Notes: generated from the letters alone by a model not told the origin. Shown: positions 32,901 to 44,304, numbered from the whole stretch's first letter. The stretch is DNA of 63,195 nt, filler included, from 9 parts of 9 records of this genome joined end to end with filler, not necessarily neighbours in it; one strand, 5' to 3'. Translations and numbers: made by a program.

Positions 32901-35900
32901 GCCCATAGCAGCATGCAACGGAGCACTGCAAGCCTCGAGCTGCTCGGGCTGTTGAAGCCGGTCGGGTCCGGCACCTTGTTACCGTTGCAAAGAGCTGTGC
33001 CAATCTGACGCTGGAGACCCGCTACAGTCTTCTCAAAATCCTCAAGGCGCGACTTGAGAAGCCCATGGCGGTCGCACCAACTAGACCGAACACGGAAGTG
33101 CACTGATGTCTGCTTCATCTCGATCCATGCACAGTACAGCCTAAGCATCATGAGTGGTTCCGAATAAAACCCGGAGTCCAGACGAGCTCGGCCAGTGACA
33201 TGGCGACTAATTATAGAATGATAGTCATCTGGGTCGGTATGGAACAACGGTGAAGCGATTCTAAAGGGCATCCTCGGTTGAGTCATCGCTGCTGCCATCA
33301 CAACTGCGTCTGGCAGACACTCGAGCCGGACAGCAAAGCACAGCATTCGAGTCAAGTGTAGATCGATTGGAAGCGTAGCTGCCACCGTCCCAATCTTCGT
33401 TGGCTGGCCTTCGTCTGAGGGCTCTGTGATCATTCCGGCGCTGAATAAAGATTCAAAGGCCCGATCGACGTGTCTCTCGTCAGGAGGTTCCAACAGTTCG
33501 CTTAGCATTGTCGCTACTGGTCCCTCCAGCATCACTTTTAGCCGCAGCAAAGTGGTCCCAAGCGGTTGCCGGTGAATCTCAGACGTCTCATGCTCCGGCT
33601 GTGCGTCGTATAGCCTTCGGCTGTATAATCTAAACACTGTTCCAGGCCTCACACGGCCTGTCCGCCCTGCCCGCTGTGTGGCGGAGGCTTTGCTGATCAT
33701 TGCCTTCTTGAGGCACGCTTTGTCATTTAGATGGTCGTACTGCACTTGTTTGTGCGTACCTAGACAGATTACAATATCAACATCAGGCAGCGTCACGCTG
33801 GATTCAGCTGCGTTGGTAGCAATGATCACTTTGACCTCGCCTGCTGCTGGCGGCTCCCACGCCTCCAACTGCTCTTCAAATGGAATGTCGCTGTGTATCG
33901 CGATGCACTTGTACATCTGTGCTGACTCGAGCTGTCCGAACCTCTCAAACAACTCCATGATGTCTTCCATCCCTGGAACAAATACCAGCACAGCAGAGCC
34001 CCCGTGCATTTGATTCTCGAGGCACTGGGTGATGAGCAGCACCAGATCATGCTGCATCGAGCTGAGCTTGGACAATGCGTCCTTCCCGGCCCCGACTTGC
34101 TCACAACACGACTGGCACTGTGCCACTGCTCGCTGAAAGAACCGACCAGCGTTTTCAAAAGTTTCTGGAAGCTCTTCTGTGTAAATAATCTGCACTGGAA
34201 ACCGCCTTGCCCCGACAAACAGGCCATTCCCTGGGCTAAAACTCTCGAAGTAATCAGCATAGAGCTTGACATGCAGCGTTGCCGACATCAAGATCACCCT
34301 AATGTGAGAATACGTATCAAGCAATCGCCTCACCAAATAACATAATACGTCACTGTCGATGCTCCTCTCATGGACCTCGTCGATAATCAAGTGTGAGTGT
34401 GACGCAAATTCCTCCGGATGGTGGGCCAGCAGTCGGACCAAGTATCCCGTAGTGACGAACCAAATCCGTGTCGCCGAGCTCTCATCCCTCACATGCCCAC
34501 CCATCCGCATCCCCATCACCGGACCCATGCCAAGCCCGTCTCGCGTGTACTTGAGTAGCCCATGAGCAGCGATACGGCGCGGCTGGGCCACAAACATCTT
34601 AGCCACCCGACCGCCGGTCTCGAGAGAGTTTTGGTAAAGAAACAGCGGCAATCGAGAAGATTTTCCACAGCCTGTCTCGCCAGAGATGATTGTCACACGG
34701 TGGGATCGAACGTGCTCAATGATCTGGTCTCGGTTCTCCTCAATCGGGAGCTTAGCGTCTGCCAGATCAACAGGGACTGGCTGCTCAGGCACCGGCATAG
34801 GCGACAACGCTGCGATCAGCGGTGTGGGAGCCGGAGTGACAAGAGGGCCGGCGGTGGCAAACGGGCGCAGTATTGGCAAGATGAGTCGCAGGGATTCCTC
34901 AGCCGGCTCAGGAAGCAGGAGCTGACTGTTGGCGTCGAGCCGCTGCAGGAGCAAGCCATTGTACAGCTTCTGCGGCTCCAGGAGCGGGACGTGTCCTTCG
35001 AGTCGAAGCAGCTGTACAATGCTCCGGATTTGCTTCAGCGCTGCTTGGAACCAGAGCTGGACTTCAAGAAGCCTCAGCCGAGGCGGTCCTGGGAGCTCTG
35101 AGTCTCCAATGAGCGTGGCCGGAGTAGATTCCTGCCCGGACAGCACAGCGGCCATTCTGCAGAGGTCAGAGAGCTCCTTTGTCGTCATACTGACATCCCT
35201 GCTCGTCAGCAGGAAGCGCAAGGCGAGGACTGTGCATTTGAGCGGAGCAGGCACGGTCGCTATATGGTCCCAAAGTGTGCCCGATGCAGTACACAACAAC
35301 GCGGTGCGGCTCTCCACTGGGCACCGCCGGGCTTGCAGCAAGTCCAGCGACCCAGATGCAGCAACAGTGACCGTTGTGACTGCCTCTGAGTCGTCCCAGT
35401 CCCTCACGTATTCTGTAACCGAAGCAGCCCCCAGCAGCCCATAGCACACAGCGCGGAGCGGCCTGGTGACAGCATCCGATCCGGGCTCCGATGCCAGCCT
35501 GCTCGAGCCCCAGAACTGGTGGTTACAGTGCACAGCCAACGAGAAGCGCGGGAGCGACTGCGAGCACATCTCGGCCCTGATCAGCTGCTCCAGCTCTGTT
35601 TCAGCCGGGGCCGGCGGAGCTAGTGTCCGACTGTAAAACTGGTCCGATTCCTGCACTGCGCGCTCGAACTCTGGGTGGGCCTCGAGCAGCTGCTGCCAGC
35701 GCTCCGAGGCCTCCAGGGGCTCTTCGATCGCCCGGAGCCAATCTGCTACTGCAGTGACCGCAGCGCTGCTCGACGGCGGCAGCCCGAGCTCGCTGTGGAC
35801 AGCCTGCACCGCGTGCTTGGTGAGGTCGTTCCCGCACAGCGCCGCGAGCGCCGGGAGCATCGGCAGCGGCAGTTCGAGCGCCGCGGCCAGCTCTTGTGGG

Positions 35901-36550
35901 CTGATTAGCGTGCCAGAGACCTGGTCCTCCTCGAGCTCCAGGCTGCTGATCGGAATGTACACCGAGCCCTGCGCACACGCTGCTGAGCCCAGGCCTGGCC
36001 CGGGAGGCACCGTAATCACCGCAAAGTCGCTATCCTGGGAGAGCACCGCGTATCCGCCCACGGCGTGGCAGGCGTCTACCAGAGCTCCGTCTGCCTCGCT
36101 GGCGGTCACCAGCACATCAACCCCACGCGCGACCAGGCTGGCCGAGACCTGCTCCATGGCCAGCTCCGGCAGGTCCGCCCGCAGCCCGGCCGCCCCGAGC
36201 CCCGCGCACCAGCGCTCCAGCCCGGCTGAGTCCCGGAGCCTTTCCTCGAACCGAGCCACCCACTCCGAATGCTTTCCGCCGGCGTCGGTCCCGCGGGAGG
36301 GGTCTGCGAAGCAGCACAGCGTGATCCCCGCGGCCGCTAGTTTGTCCACCAGCGCGGCAGTGGCCTCGGCCAGCTGCTCGTACTGCCCGCCCAGCACCGC
36401 CACCTCGGCCCGCGGGGTGGCCCTCCGAGCCAGCCAGTGCATCAGGTTGGACAGATCGCACAGCAGCGTGCGCGGGGCTTCAGGGCTGAACGCCACGCTC
36501 GTCCCCACCCCATGCTCCCGGCACCAGCTGTCCAGGCCCTTGACCCCCAT
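29980..36550 (-). CDS. ~2135-aa fusion: Asteroid/FAM120-like XPG-PIN nuclease + DEAH/RHA (DExH) RNA helicase + two LOTUS/OST-HTH-like domains + UVR motif
   Basis: PIN: MGVKGL, CDLSN, FAD, EAD, SQDSDF, LCGND. Helicase: GETGCGKS, QPRRIAA, DEVHER, MSAT, ATNAAESSVT, QRAGRTGR, HA2. GT-AG introns 35969-36010, 31880-31951 and 30707-30755 join three ORFs in frame (6408 nt spliced). Confidence 0.85.
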
Positions 36551-37010
36551 TGCAACAAAGCTGCGGCGTGCTCGGCACGACTTCAAAGAGACTTCAAAGC
36601 ATCAGGGGATCGTGGTGCATTCAACTCCCTCGACCGCGCGCGGCGAGCTCGAGCTGGGCCATGTGAAAGAATCCGATCTTGTCCCGCTGTAGTTCGGCGG
36701 CGAGAGTTGAGCACAATCATAACATATCGTGATCGTGAGCAGTCTTGAGCTCGACATCCGGACGATGAATCGATGAATTCGATTCGTCGGTCCGGCGTCG
36801 TCGATCGCGGAACTAGTAACAACGAGATCTAGAGGGAGCATCATGTGCCATCTCACCATGTGAGAGCCCGCAGAACTCGGGCACAACGAAATCCTCTCGA
36901 TGCACAATCTCATCGACACAATCGATCAGGCAGGTGCCAAAGTCGTCAGCGGTCCTTGTTGACTGGTCGTCTCCGCGCTTGAACAGGCAGAGGCGCGTGG
37001 TGTCCGAACG

Positions 37011-37494
37011 ATGTCTGAACGGTCTGGCCGGTCGTGGGGCAGCAGCGGCAGCGAGCCGGACGACGGCGCCGAGCTGTACGAGAGCAGCGATGCCTCGCAC
37101 ACCGCCACCCCGGGCCCGTCCGACTCGGACGAGCCGCCGGTGGTGCTTGCCCAGCGCGACCCGCCAGACCAGACACTAGACACGGCTGAGGAGCCCAAAC
37201 AGGAGAGTAGCCTTCGGCTGCTGGCCGGGTCAGCCAACCCGGAGCTTGCGGCCGAGGTGGCCCAGCGGCTGGGGATGCGTTTGACCGAGGCTGCGATTGG
37301 GAAGTACAACGACGGCGAGGTTTCGATCAAGATCCACGAGAATGTGCGGGGCAAGGACGTGTTTGTGATCCAGCCCACCTGCTCCCCCGTCAACGACAAT
37401 CTCATGGAACTGCTCCTCACAATCTCGGCACTCAAGCGCGCCTCGGTCCGCTCGGTGACGGCAGTGGTCCCGTACTATGGCTACGCCCGGCAGG
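37011..37494 (+). CDS. PRPS: Ribose-phosphate pyrophosphokinase (PRPP synthetase), 3'-partial
   Basis: LLAGSANPELA, DGEVSIKIHENVRGKDVFVIQPT, VNDNLMELLL and VVPYYGYARQ. Start position is uncertain. Confidence 0.95.
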
Positions 37495-37722
37495 NNNNNN
37501 NNNNNNNNNNNNNNNNNNNNNNNNNNNNNNNNNNNNNNTTAATTAATTAANNNNNNNNNNNNNNNNNNNNNNNNNNNNNNNNNNNNNNNNNNNNTTTTGG
37601 CCAATTGTGGCTCGGTTTTCAGAAATCGTGTTAATTGACAGCTGCAGACTTGATGGAAGTCAAGATGGGATACTGGCGATCCGGGATAGATCCGGGGACG
37701 GAGTGACCTAGAGTGAGCGCGC

Positions 37723-38175
37723 ATGCTGCGCATCACGGGAGCCCGGGGACTGTGCGCCGGGCGGGAGTACGTGCACCGGCCATCGGGGCTGTGTTGGCTG
37801 GACATTGAGCTGGGCCGGGGCACGGCGCTGTCGACGGGGGATGTGGTGCAGGTGCACTACACTGGCCGACTGCATGCCAACGGGATGAAGCTGGACTCGA
37901 GCCACGACCGTGGCAAGCCGATCAGCTTCACACTCGGGGCCAGCCGGATGAAGGGCAGCATGAACTGGAAGTGCCCACCACTGCTGCGGGGCTGGGACGA
38001 AGGGATCGCCGGGATGCGGGTGGGCGGAAAACGCGAGCTGCTGATCCCGCCAGAGCTGGCGCACGGAGACCGCCGGTGTGGTCCGATCCCAGCCGGGGCC
38101 ACGCTGGCTTACGTTTGCGAGCTAGTGGACGCACAACCGCCGCCAAAGAGTTGGTTTGCATCGCTGCTCGGATGA
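37723..38175 (+). CDS. FKBP-type peptidyl-prolyl isomerase
   Basis: VQVHYTGRL, DSSHDRGKPISFTLG, GWDEGIAGMRVGGKRELLIPPELA and IPAGATL. Confidence 0.95.
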   Translation: MLRITGARGLCAGREYVHRPSGLCWLDIELGRGTALSTGDVVQVHYTGRLHANGMKLDSSHDRGKPISFTLGASRMKGSMNWKCPPLLRGWDEGIAGMRVGGKRELLIPPELAHGDRRCGPIPAGATLAYVCELVDAQPPPKSWFASLLG

Positions 38176-38437
38176 GTAGAATGCGCCACGGTGCTACCAC
38201 GGTACTACCACGGTGCTTCATCAGCCATCATGAGGGTATCACGAGGGGAGCTTTATGTGTGAAACACAGGCCCATTTTCATTTACTGATATCCTTACCTG
38301 CCCTACACGATTCTATCCTAACCTATCCTTGACTACGTACGTACTGCGTACTGTACGTATACTCATAACTAAAGTTGAGTTTGATGGAACTAAATTATAA
38401 ATGTAGTTTGATGGAATTTAGGTGTGTACACGGAAGG

Positions 38438-41023
38438 CTATATAATGTCCTTAAATGGTTTGGGAAACGGCAGTAATGCGAGTCGAGCCCGCGAGGTTAT
38501 GTCTGAGTCCGAGAGGCTCGACTCAAACGAATTCCCACTCCCAGTGCATCCAAACTTAGAAGCAGGTACAGCATTTCCATAATCGGAGTGTATCGTGTTG
38601 TTGAACACGGCAGTGGACACCTCATTGCACCAGACAGCTGGTGTTTCACGCATGATAATTGTGGCGTTATAGACATACGTATGGGCCCCGCCACCGGCCC
38701 AGCCGGTACCGATCTGCTTGGGGTACGCGTGCACACTGCCCACATGATAAAGCCAATTTCCATGGACCATCGCTGAGTTGATCACCACCATGCCGTAGAC
38801 CATATAATTATTGGTCATCAGGTAACGCGAGCTGCCGTCATCTGTCTGCATTGCAGAGAACGAGTTGTAGTTAGCTAGAATGAAATTGTGTTCCAGCCGT
38901 CTGTACCGACCAATCACACTGCCAGCAGCAGCAGGTCGAAACCCGGGTGTGGCCCCATTGAGAATCTCGGACAGACTCGGAGTCTCGTTGGAAGTGGGGT
39001 CCGGGGCTAGTCCATCGTCTGTGATGTATGGAGCTCTTTCCCACGCATTGATCGGCCCCTGCTCAGCGGTTTCGCGGTTATGGTTGAAAATCAGATTGCC
39101 TCTGAGCACATCACCACCGCCGAACGCCTCGTTGAAATTTACGGCTGCTCGGGGTGTGTTGAAAAATATGTTCGACTCGAGAATAGTTGCAGCCACAAGT
39201 TGCTGCGCCCAGCAGCTGCTCTGCTTCTGCCAGATCCCGATCTCCCGCACCAAGTTCCCAGCAACCAACGTGCCACGAGGCTGGTTACCCGACCTGCCGT
39301 CCGGCCCGACCTCACCGGGGAGTCTGACACTGCAATTAGCATACAGGCAACTGCTGGTTGAACCAAAAGCGACCATGGCGCTCTCTCCCAGAAAGCTAAA
39401 CTCGTTCCGTACGAATGAAGTGTTGCGAGCGTAGTTGTTGAGGCTGATGGCATTGCCGTCAATTCTGGTGAACTCGCAATCTTCTATCCTACAGTTCTCG
39501 ACGCCTCCAAGTGTGACAGCTCCGGATCGCGACACTGCCCAGTCCCCGGCCGAGGCAAGATACTGCACGTCTGCCGGACTGTTGCCGAGATAGGTGAGGG
39601 CCGTGTCACGCAGTGTGAGCCCGCGCAGCACAAAGTTTCGGACTGGCGCCGACATCGTGCCCGAAATATTGAACAGGATCTTGGTATTGGTCAGCGCGAG
39701 CTGCTCCCGGCCTGATGGCCTCTCAGAGCTGTTGAAGGTGTAATAGAGTGCCTGCTCTTCCTGATCATGGAAATATTCGTTCGGCGCGTCGCACTCTTCT
39801 TTCACGTCCTCAACAAACCAATCCCACGCAGCCCCGGAGGCAGTAGTGGGTCCGCCTTGGTCGCAGCCCACAGAGGGGCTGAACTGGACTGTCTTGCTCT
39901 GGGTATCCACGTGGTCTACCAGACACATGTAGGAAAAATACGGGTTAGTGCCCCCACGGGCGTGGAACACAGCGCCACTCGCGTTATGGTATGTGGCAGC
40001 CTGCGGCAGGCTGTTGTTTGATTCATATAGAAAGCCACCGGGTGGATTGTATGCGGGCTGGGCCCCGTGCTGACTCCTGGGACACGAGGTCGAGCACCAA
40101 TAGCCGTAGTCCGGGGTGCGTCCCGAGCAGATCCCGCCCTGCGCATGGAACCAGGCCCCGTACCCGCCGGCGCCCTGCATCATCATCCCGGGCTCTCCGA
40201 ACTCCTGCCACACCACTCCAGGCCAGTCGGACGGCCGCGCCCAATACTCCGTCGTCTCGTTCGGTGGCTGGTGCGCCCGTGCAAAGTATGCCGGGATGCG
40301 CATCGACCGGCCCGACCCGGGGACGTACCGGCCGGGGCCGTACGGCACATTCTGGTTGTCACAATATGAGGCTGTGGTCTCGGGGTCGCCGTTCGGATAC
40401 TTTGCTCGAATCGCCCGCAGCCGTCCAACCCGCAGCCCCGCCCCCTTGGGCAGCTGCTGGCCACTGAGGTCGAGCCGCCACGTGTTGGTGCTCGCGTTGT
40501 GCAGCGACCAGGCCTGCAGGCTCACCTTCACCGGCACCGCGCCCGAGATGACCGCGTGCTCCCCTGGAAAGTTCTGAACCGTTAGGTCCGAGCTGCGCAC
40601 CAACAGCGTCTCACGCACATAGTACACCCCCCCGCGCAGCACTACCGTCTTGGCCCCCGCCAGCGCACTCGCAGCGGCCACAGCCCGCTCCAGCGAGGCG
40701 AATGGCCGCTCCACTGACCCGTCGCCGTCGGGGCTGGCCGCTGGGTCCGCGTACAGCACGGCGCTGCCGGGCGGCGGCGGATCCCGGGGCGGGTCGAACG
40801 AGTCGTTGCTGGGCGGGGCGGGCAACCCGCAAGCCTCGAGCTGCAGGGCGTCGAAGACGGTGCGGAACTGGGCCCGGGCGGGCATGGTGGCTTTGGCGAA
40901 CTCCCAGGCGTGCTGCCGGGAGGCGCAGTCGAACGATCGGCTCACGTTGGCCGGGGTCCCGGGGTACCGCAGCCCGGCGGCCCACGCAGTCCCCAGCACT
41001 AGCTGCGCCAGCACCCACAGCAT
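38438..41023 (-). CDS. Secreted right-handed parallel beta-helix (pectin-lyase-fold) protein
   Basis: Signal peptide at ATG 41023, DGSVERPFASL, LRGGVYY, RAKYPN, and PbH1 repeats (NCRIEDCEF, NLVREIGIWQKQS). The ORF-track extension upstream is antisense to the next gene. Confidence 0.8.
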   Translation of the reverse strand: MLWVLAQLVLGTAWAAGLRYPGTPANVSRSFDCASRQHAWEFAKATMPARAQFRTVFDALQLEACGLPAPPSNDSFDPPRDPPPPGSAVLYADPAASPDGDGSVERPFASLERAVAAASALAGAKTVVLRGGVYYVRETLLVRSSDLTVQNFPGEHAVISGAVPVKVSLQAWSLHNASTNTWRLDLSGQQLPKGAGLRVGRLRAIRAKYPNGDPETTASYCDNQNVPYGPGRYVPGSGRSMRIPAYFARAHQPPNETTEYWARPSDWPGVVWQEFGEPGMMMQGAGGYGAWFHAQGGICSGRTPDYGYWCSTSCPRSQHGAQPAYNPPGGFLYESNNSLPQAATYHNASGAVFHARGGTNPYFSYMCLVDHVDTQSKTVQFSPSVGCDQGGPTTASGAAWDWFVEDVKEECDAPNEYFHDQEEQALYYTFNSSERPSGREQLALTNTKILFNISGTMSAPVRNFVLRGLTLRDTALTYLGNSPADVQYLASAGDWAVSRSGAVTLGGVENCRIEDCEFTRIDGNAISLNNYARNTSFVRNEFSFLGESAMVAFGSTSSCLYANCSVRLPGEVGPDGRSGNQPRGTLVAGNLVREIGIWQKQSSCWAQQLVAATILESNIFFNTPRAAVNFNEAFGGGDVLRGNLIFNHNRETAEQGPINAWERAPYITDDGLAPDPTSNETPSLSEILNGATPGFRPAAAGSVIGRYRRLEHNFILANYNSFSAMQTDDGSSRYLMTNNYMVYGMVVINSAMVHGNWLYHVGSVHAYPKQIGTGWAGGGAHTYVYNATIIMRETPAVWCNEVSTAVFNNTIHSDYGNAVPASKFGCTGSGNSFESSLSDSDITSRARLALLPFPKPFKDII

Positions 41024-41180
41024 GCTTTGGGTGAGCCCGCAGCCTGGTCGGCCTACCGTTACCGGAATAACGGCGGGTCTCAAATGTGGATTGATCGTGT
41101 GGTCCACGATTGTGGACGACTGAACTGGCTGTTCGACACTGCGAATCGCCACGTGTTGAGTGGATCGAAACCACAGCAAC

Positions 41181-43090
41181 ATGCCGCGCTGGCTGGCTCG
41201 TCTGGTAGTGAGCCGCTCCGGGGGGCGGGGATTCCGCACGCTATCCGGCAGCCCCGTCACCAAAGCCCCCACCACCCAGTCTGGCGCCTCGACATCCACC
41301 CAGGCCGCTCCAGCCGCTCGAGTGTCCCAGCAGCCGATCCGCAGCAAGCCGGTGCCGCCGATGGCCAAATCCACCCGGCTGCGCAAGTCGCCCTTCTTCG
41401 AGAAGACGCTCCAGCACGGTCCGGCCTCACCGCGGGCCGCGGGGCCGAGCCGATCGGTCAGGCGTCGAGGACTTCACCGTGTACAACCGGATGCTCATGC
41501 CGCTCACCTTCGGCGACACCGACAAGGAGTACAGGGCGCTCACCGAAGACGTGGCCATCTGGGACGTCGGGGCCGAGCGCCAGGTGCAGTCTGGTCTACC
41601 GGTGGCGCGAGCGGCCAGTAGGTCGAACTGTCTGGGCCGGACGCGGCGGACCTCTGCCAGCTGCTCACCTGCCGCGACCTGTCCAACATGAAGGTAGCCA
41701 GCCAGCTGCTGGCCAGAAGTGACAGGGCGGTCAGGATGGCACTTGCCGGTACGCCATTATGTGCGACGACGACGGGATCGTGCTGAACGACCCTGTGCTG
41801 CTCAAGCTGAGCGACGACCAATACTGGTTCTCTCTGGCCGACTCGGATGCGCTGCTCTGGTGCTATCTCGGCCGGGGCACTCGGGCGAGCCGGCGGGCAG
41901 GTGCCAGGCACAGGCCCGGGCGCGCGGGTACGATGTCAAGGTGCACGAGCCTGACGTTTCGCCGCTCGCTCTGCAGGTCTCCGGCGACAGCGGCAGCGCT
42001 GAGCGATCGACAGGGCCCCAAGTCTGTGCCGCTGCTCAAAGAGCTGTTCGGGGAGGATCTGGTGGAGGATATTAAATACTTTCACTTCCGGAATGTCGAG
42101 CTCGATGGGATCCCGATCCTGCTCGCCAGATCCGGCTGGTCACCCGAGATCGGGTGCAGGCTCGCCGTGATGGCGTGCTGAGCCGGCTGCAGTTACGAGC
42201 TGTACCTCAGAGACGGCAAGCAGGGCAGCAAGCTGTGGGATATTGTGTGGGACGCCGGCGAGAAGTATGGCATCACACCTGGCTGCCCGAACCACCAGAG
42301 GCGGATTGAAGGAGGGATGCTCTCGTTCGGAGGCGACACGATGCCCGACACCAACGCGCTCGAGCTCGGTGCGGTGCTGGATTTGGGCTGGTCGATCGGT
42401 CTGGCAGGGCTGCCGAAGCGGTTTGTGGATCCTTTCAAGGGGCACGAGTTCATCGGGAAGCAGGCGCTCCAGAGGATAGCGGAGGAAGGCGTGAAGCGCA
42501 AGTTCATCGGGATCAAGTTCGACAACCATTTCCCGATCGACGACACCCTCTGGCGCGGCACGCTCCAGCCGGTGCATCTGTGCGGCGGCGAGCATTCCCA
42601 GCATCTGCATGAGGAGCTCAGCAAAGCCGAGGCTGATAAAGCCGAGTGAGCAGCGCTGCTGTCGTGTGAGCTGATCGTGGCGGACAGGGCTGTGGAGAGC
42701 GAAGATTTCCTGAACGCGGCGCTGCTGCACCAGCAGTGCGCCAATCTCAAGCAGCAGCTGGATGAGCTCACCACCAAGATGGCGGAAGTTGGCTCTCTGA
42801 CTGTGATTGCCTATTCGCCCCGATTCGAGCGCAACCTTGGTCTGTGCTCCCCCTAGCCACGGCTGACCCGACCGGCTGCAGGGCTTGCGATTGTGAGCTC
42901 GGATCTGAACCACGGCGATCGAGTGGTTGCCAGTATGGCTTCAGGAAAGCTTTTCTCTGGAACTGTGAGCAAGCTGCCGTTCCCTGATACAGTCGACGAG
43001 AACAACCAGCCGGTCAACATCTTCCCTCAGTCGGTGCGACAGCTCAATACGTATGGAGGGTACCAGAGCGAGGGCATAGCTTCTACCTGA
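41181..43090 (+). CDS. DmdA-like (DMSP demethylase-like) GcvT-family aminomethyltransferase, 9 introns, with N-terminal transit-peptide-like extension
   Basis: Spliced protein: STRLRKSPF, TVYNRMLMP, IWDVGAERQVELSGPDA, LTCRDLS, NDPVLLKL, SLADSD, QGPKS, ARSGWS..GYE, PGCPN..RIEGGMLSFG, YSPRF. Introns: 41419-41461, 41584-41621, 41694-41734, 41860-41900, 41977-42013, 42154-42192, 42369-42407, 42646-42687, 42840-42881. Confidence 0.85.
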
Positions 43091-43548
43091 CGACTCTATG
43101 CGAGATCAGCGTTCAGGTCAGAGTGCTGTGGTTTCTAGTTGTCCGCCTAGTTGAGTTCGTACGTCCGGATTACTAGTCTATACGGTAGTTTCAAGCATTC
43201 TGCGATGCACGCGCGTAATACAGGTTCTGGACAGGATGAAAGTTAGAGTGTTAACCATGTAGGCGCCCGGATCACCTAACATTAATTTTATACCGCGCGC
43301 TCTCTAGTCTCTATGTTTACGACCATGAGCGACCGTCCTCCGGTATGGTCGTAAAGGTAGTCCATCGATCTGACTGCATATCCGCCGGACGGAGGCAAGA
43401 TCGCCACCACTGCTCCAGTAGGCTGAGATGTGAGATGAAGTCACCATCGCATGCCAACCTAAAATTAAAACTGGACTCACAGCAGACTCAGCTGAACTCA
43501 GTCTGTAGAGGAATACCAAATCCGTTATCATAACGTGCGTCCATCGGG

Positions 43549-44304
43549 ATGCTGTTGATGCTGTTGGCTGCTGTGGGGCGGTGGCTGCTCCCATTCGGGC
43601 TGCTTGTATTGTCCCAGCAGGCGGAGGTCAGTGCGCAGCAGCAGCCCTACGTATGGCCGCTGCCGCAGCAGCTCAGCGCCTCACTGTCGTCATCACCATC
43701 CGTCCTCAGCCCGGACATCACACTCATGCCTCGAGGGAACGCAAATGACGTCACCGCCTCAGCGATTGCCCGTTATGGCCCGATCCTTCGCGACCTCACC
43801 AGCAAGGCCACGAACGGCACGGCCGTTGTAGACACTGTCAATATCTACGTCGATCCCACAACAGACACCGCTATCCTCAGCCTCTCGACGCCGTACAATT
43901 ATTCGCTCTCTCTTGGAGAGGGCACAAGCAGCATCCAACTCCGCGCAGCCTCGCGCTTCGGCGTGGCCCATGGGCTGGAGACGCTGGCCCAACTTTACGC
44001 CCGCAACCAGCCCTCGCGGTTCAGCAGCTTTGGTGTGCTCGACGGCCCGGTGTATCCATACCGTGCGCTCATGATCGACTGCGGCAGACGGTTTGTGCCG
44101 ATTCCGACCCTGGAGGAAACCATTGACGGGATGGCTGCGGCAAAGATGTCCGTGCTGAACCTGCATGCCTCTGAGTATGGCTTCTTTAGAGTTGAGGTCA
44201 AAGCGTTCCCTGAGCTGACCGCAGGGCTAGGGTCTGCCTTCTACCAACAGCAGCAGATCCGGCAGCTGATCCGCTATGCCTACCTCCGCGGGATTCGTGT
44301 GATC
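43549..44304 (+). CDS. Beta-hexosaminidase (GH20), 3'-partial
   Basis: Signal peptide, VWPLPQ, HGLETLAQL, YPYRALMIDCGRRF, IDGMAAAKMSVLNLH and YAYLRGIRVI. Confidence 0.92.

Noticed and set aside
38288-38344. ATATCCTT...TCCTTGAC...AC resembling a U12-type AT-AC intron
   Set aside because: It is intergenic between convergent genes, part of a local TATCCT repeat, and has no flanking exons.
43316-43430. ACGACCAT resembling the 5' end of 5S rRNA
   Set aside because: No 5S internal motifs follow; explained as a local hairpin.
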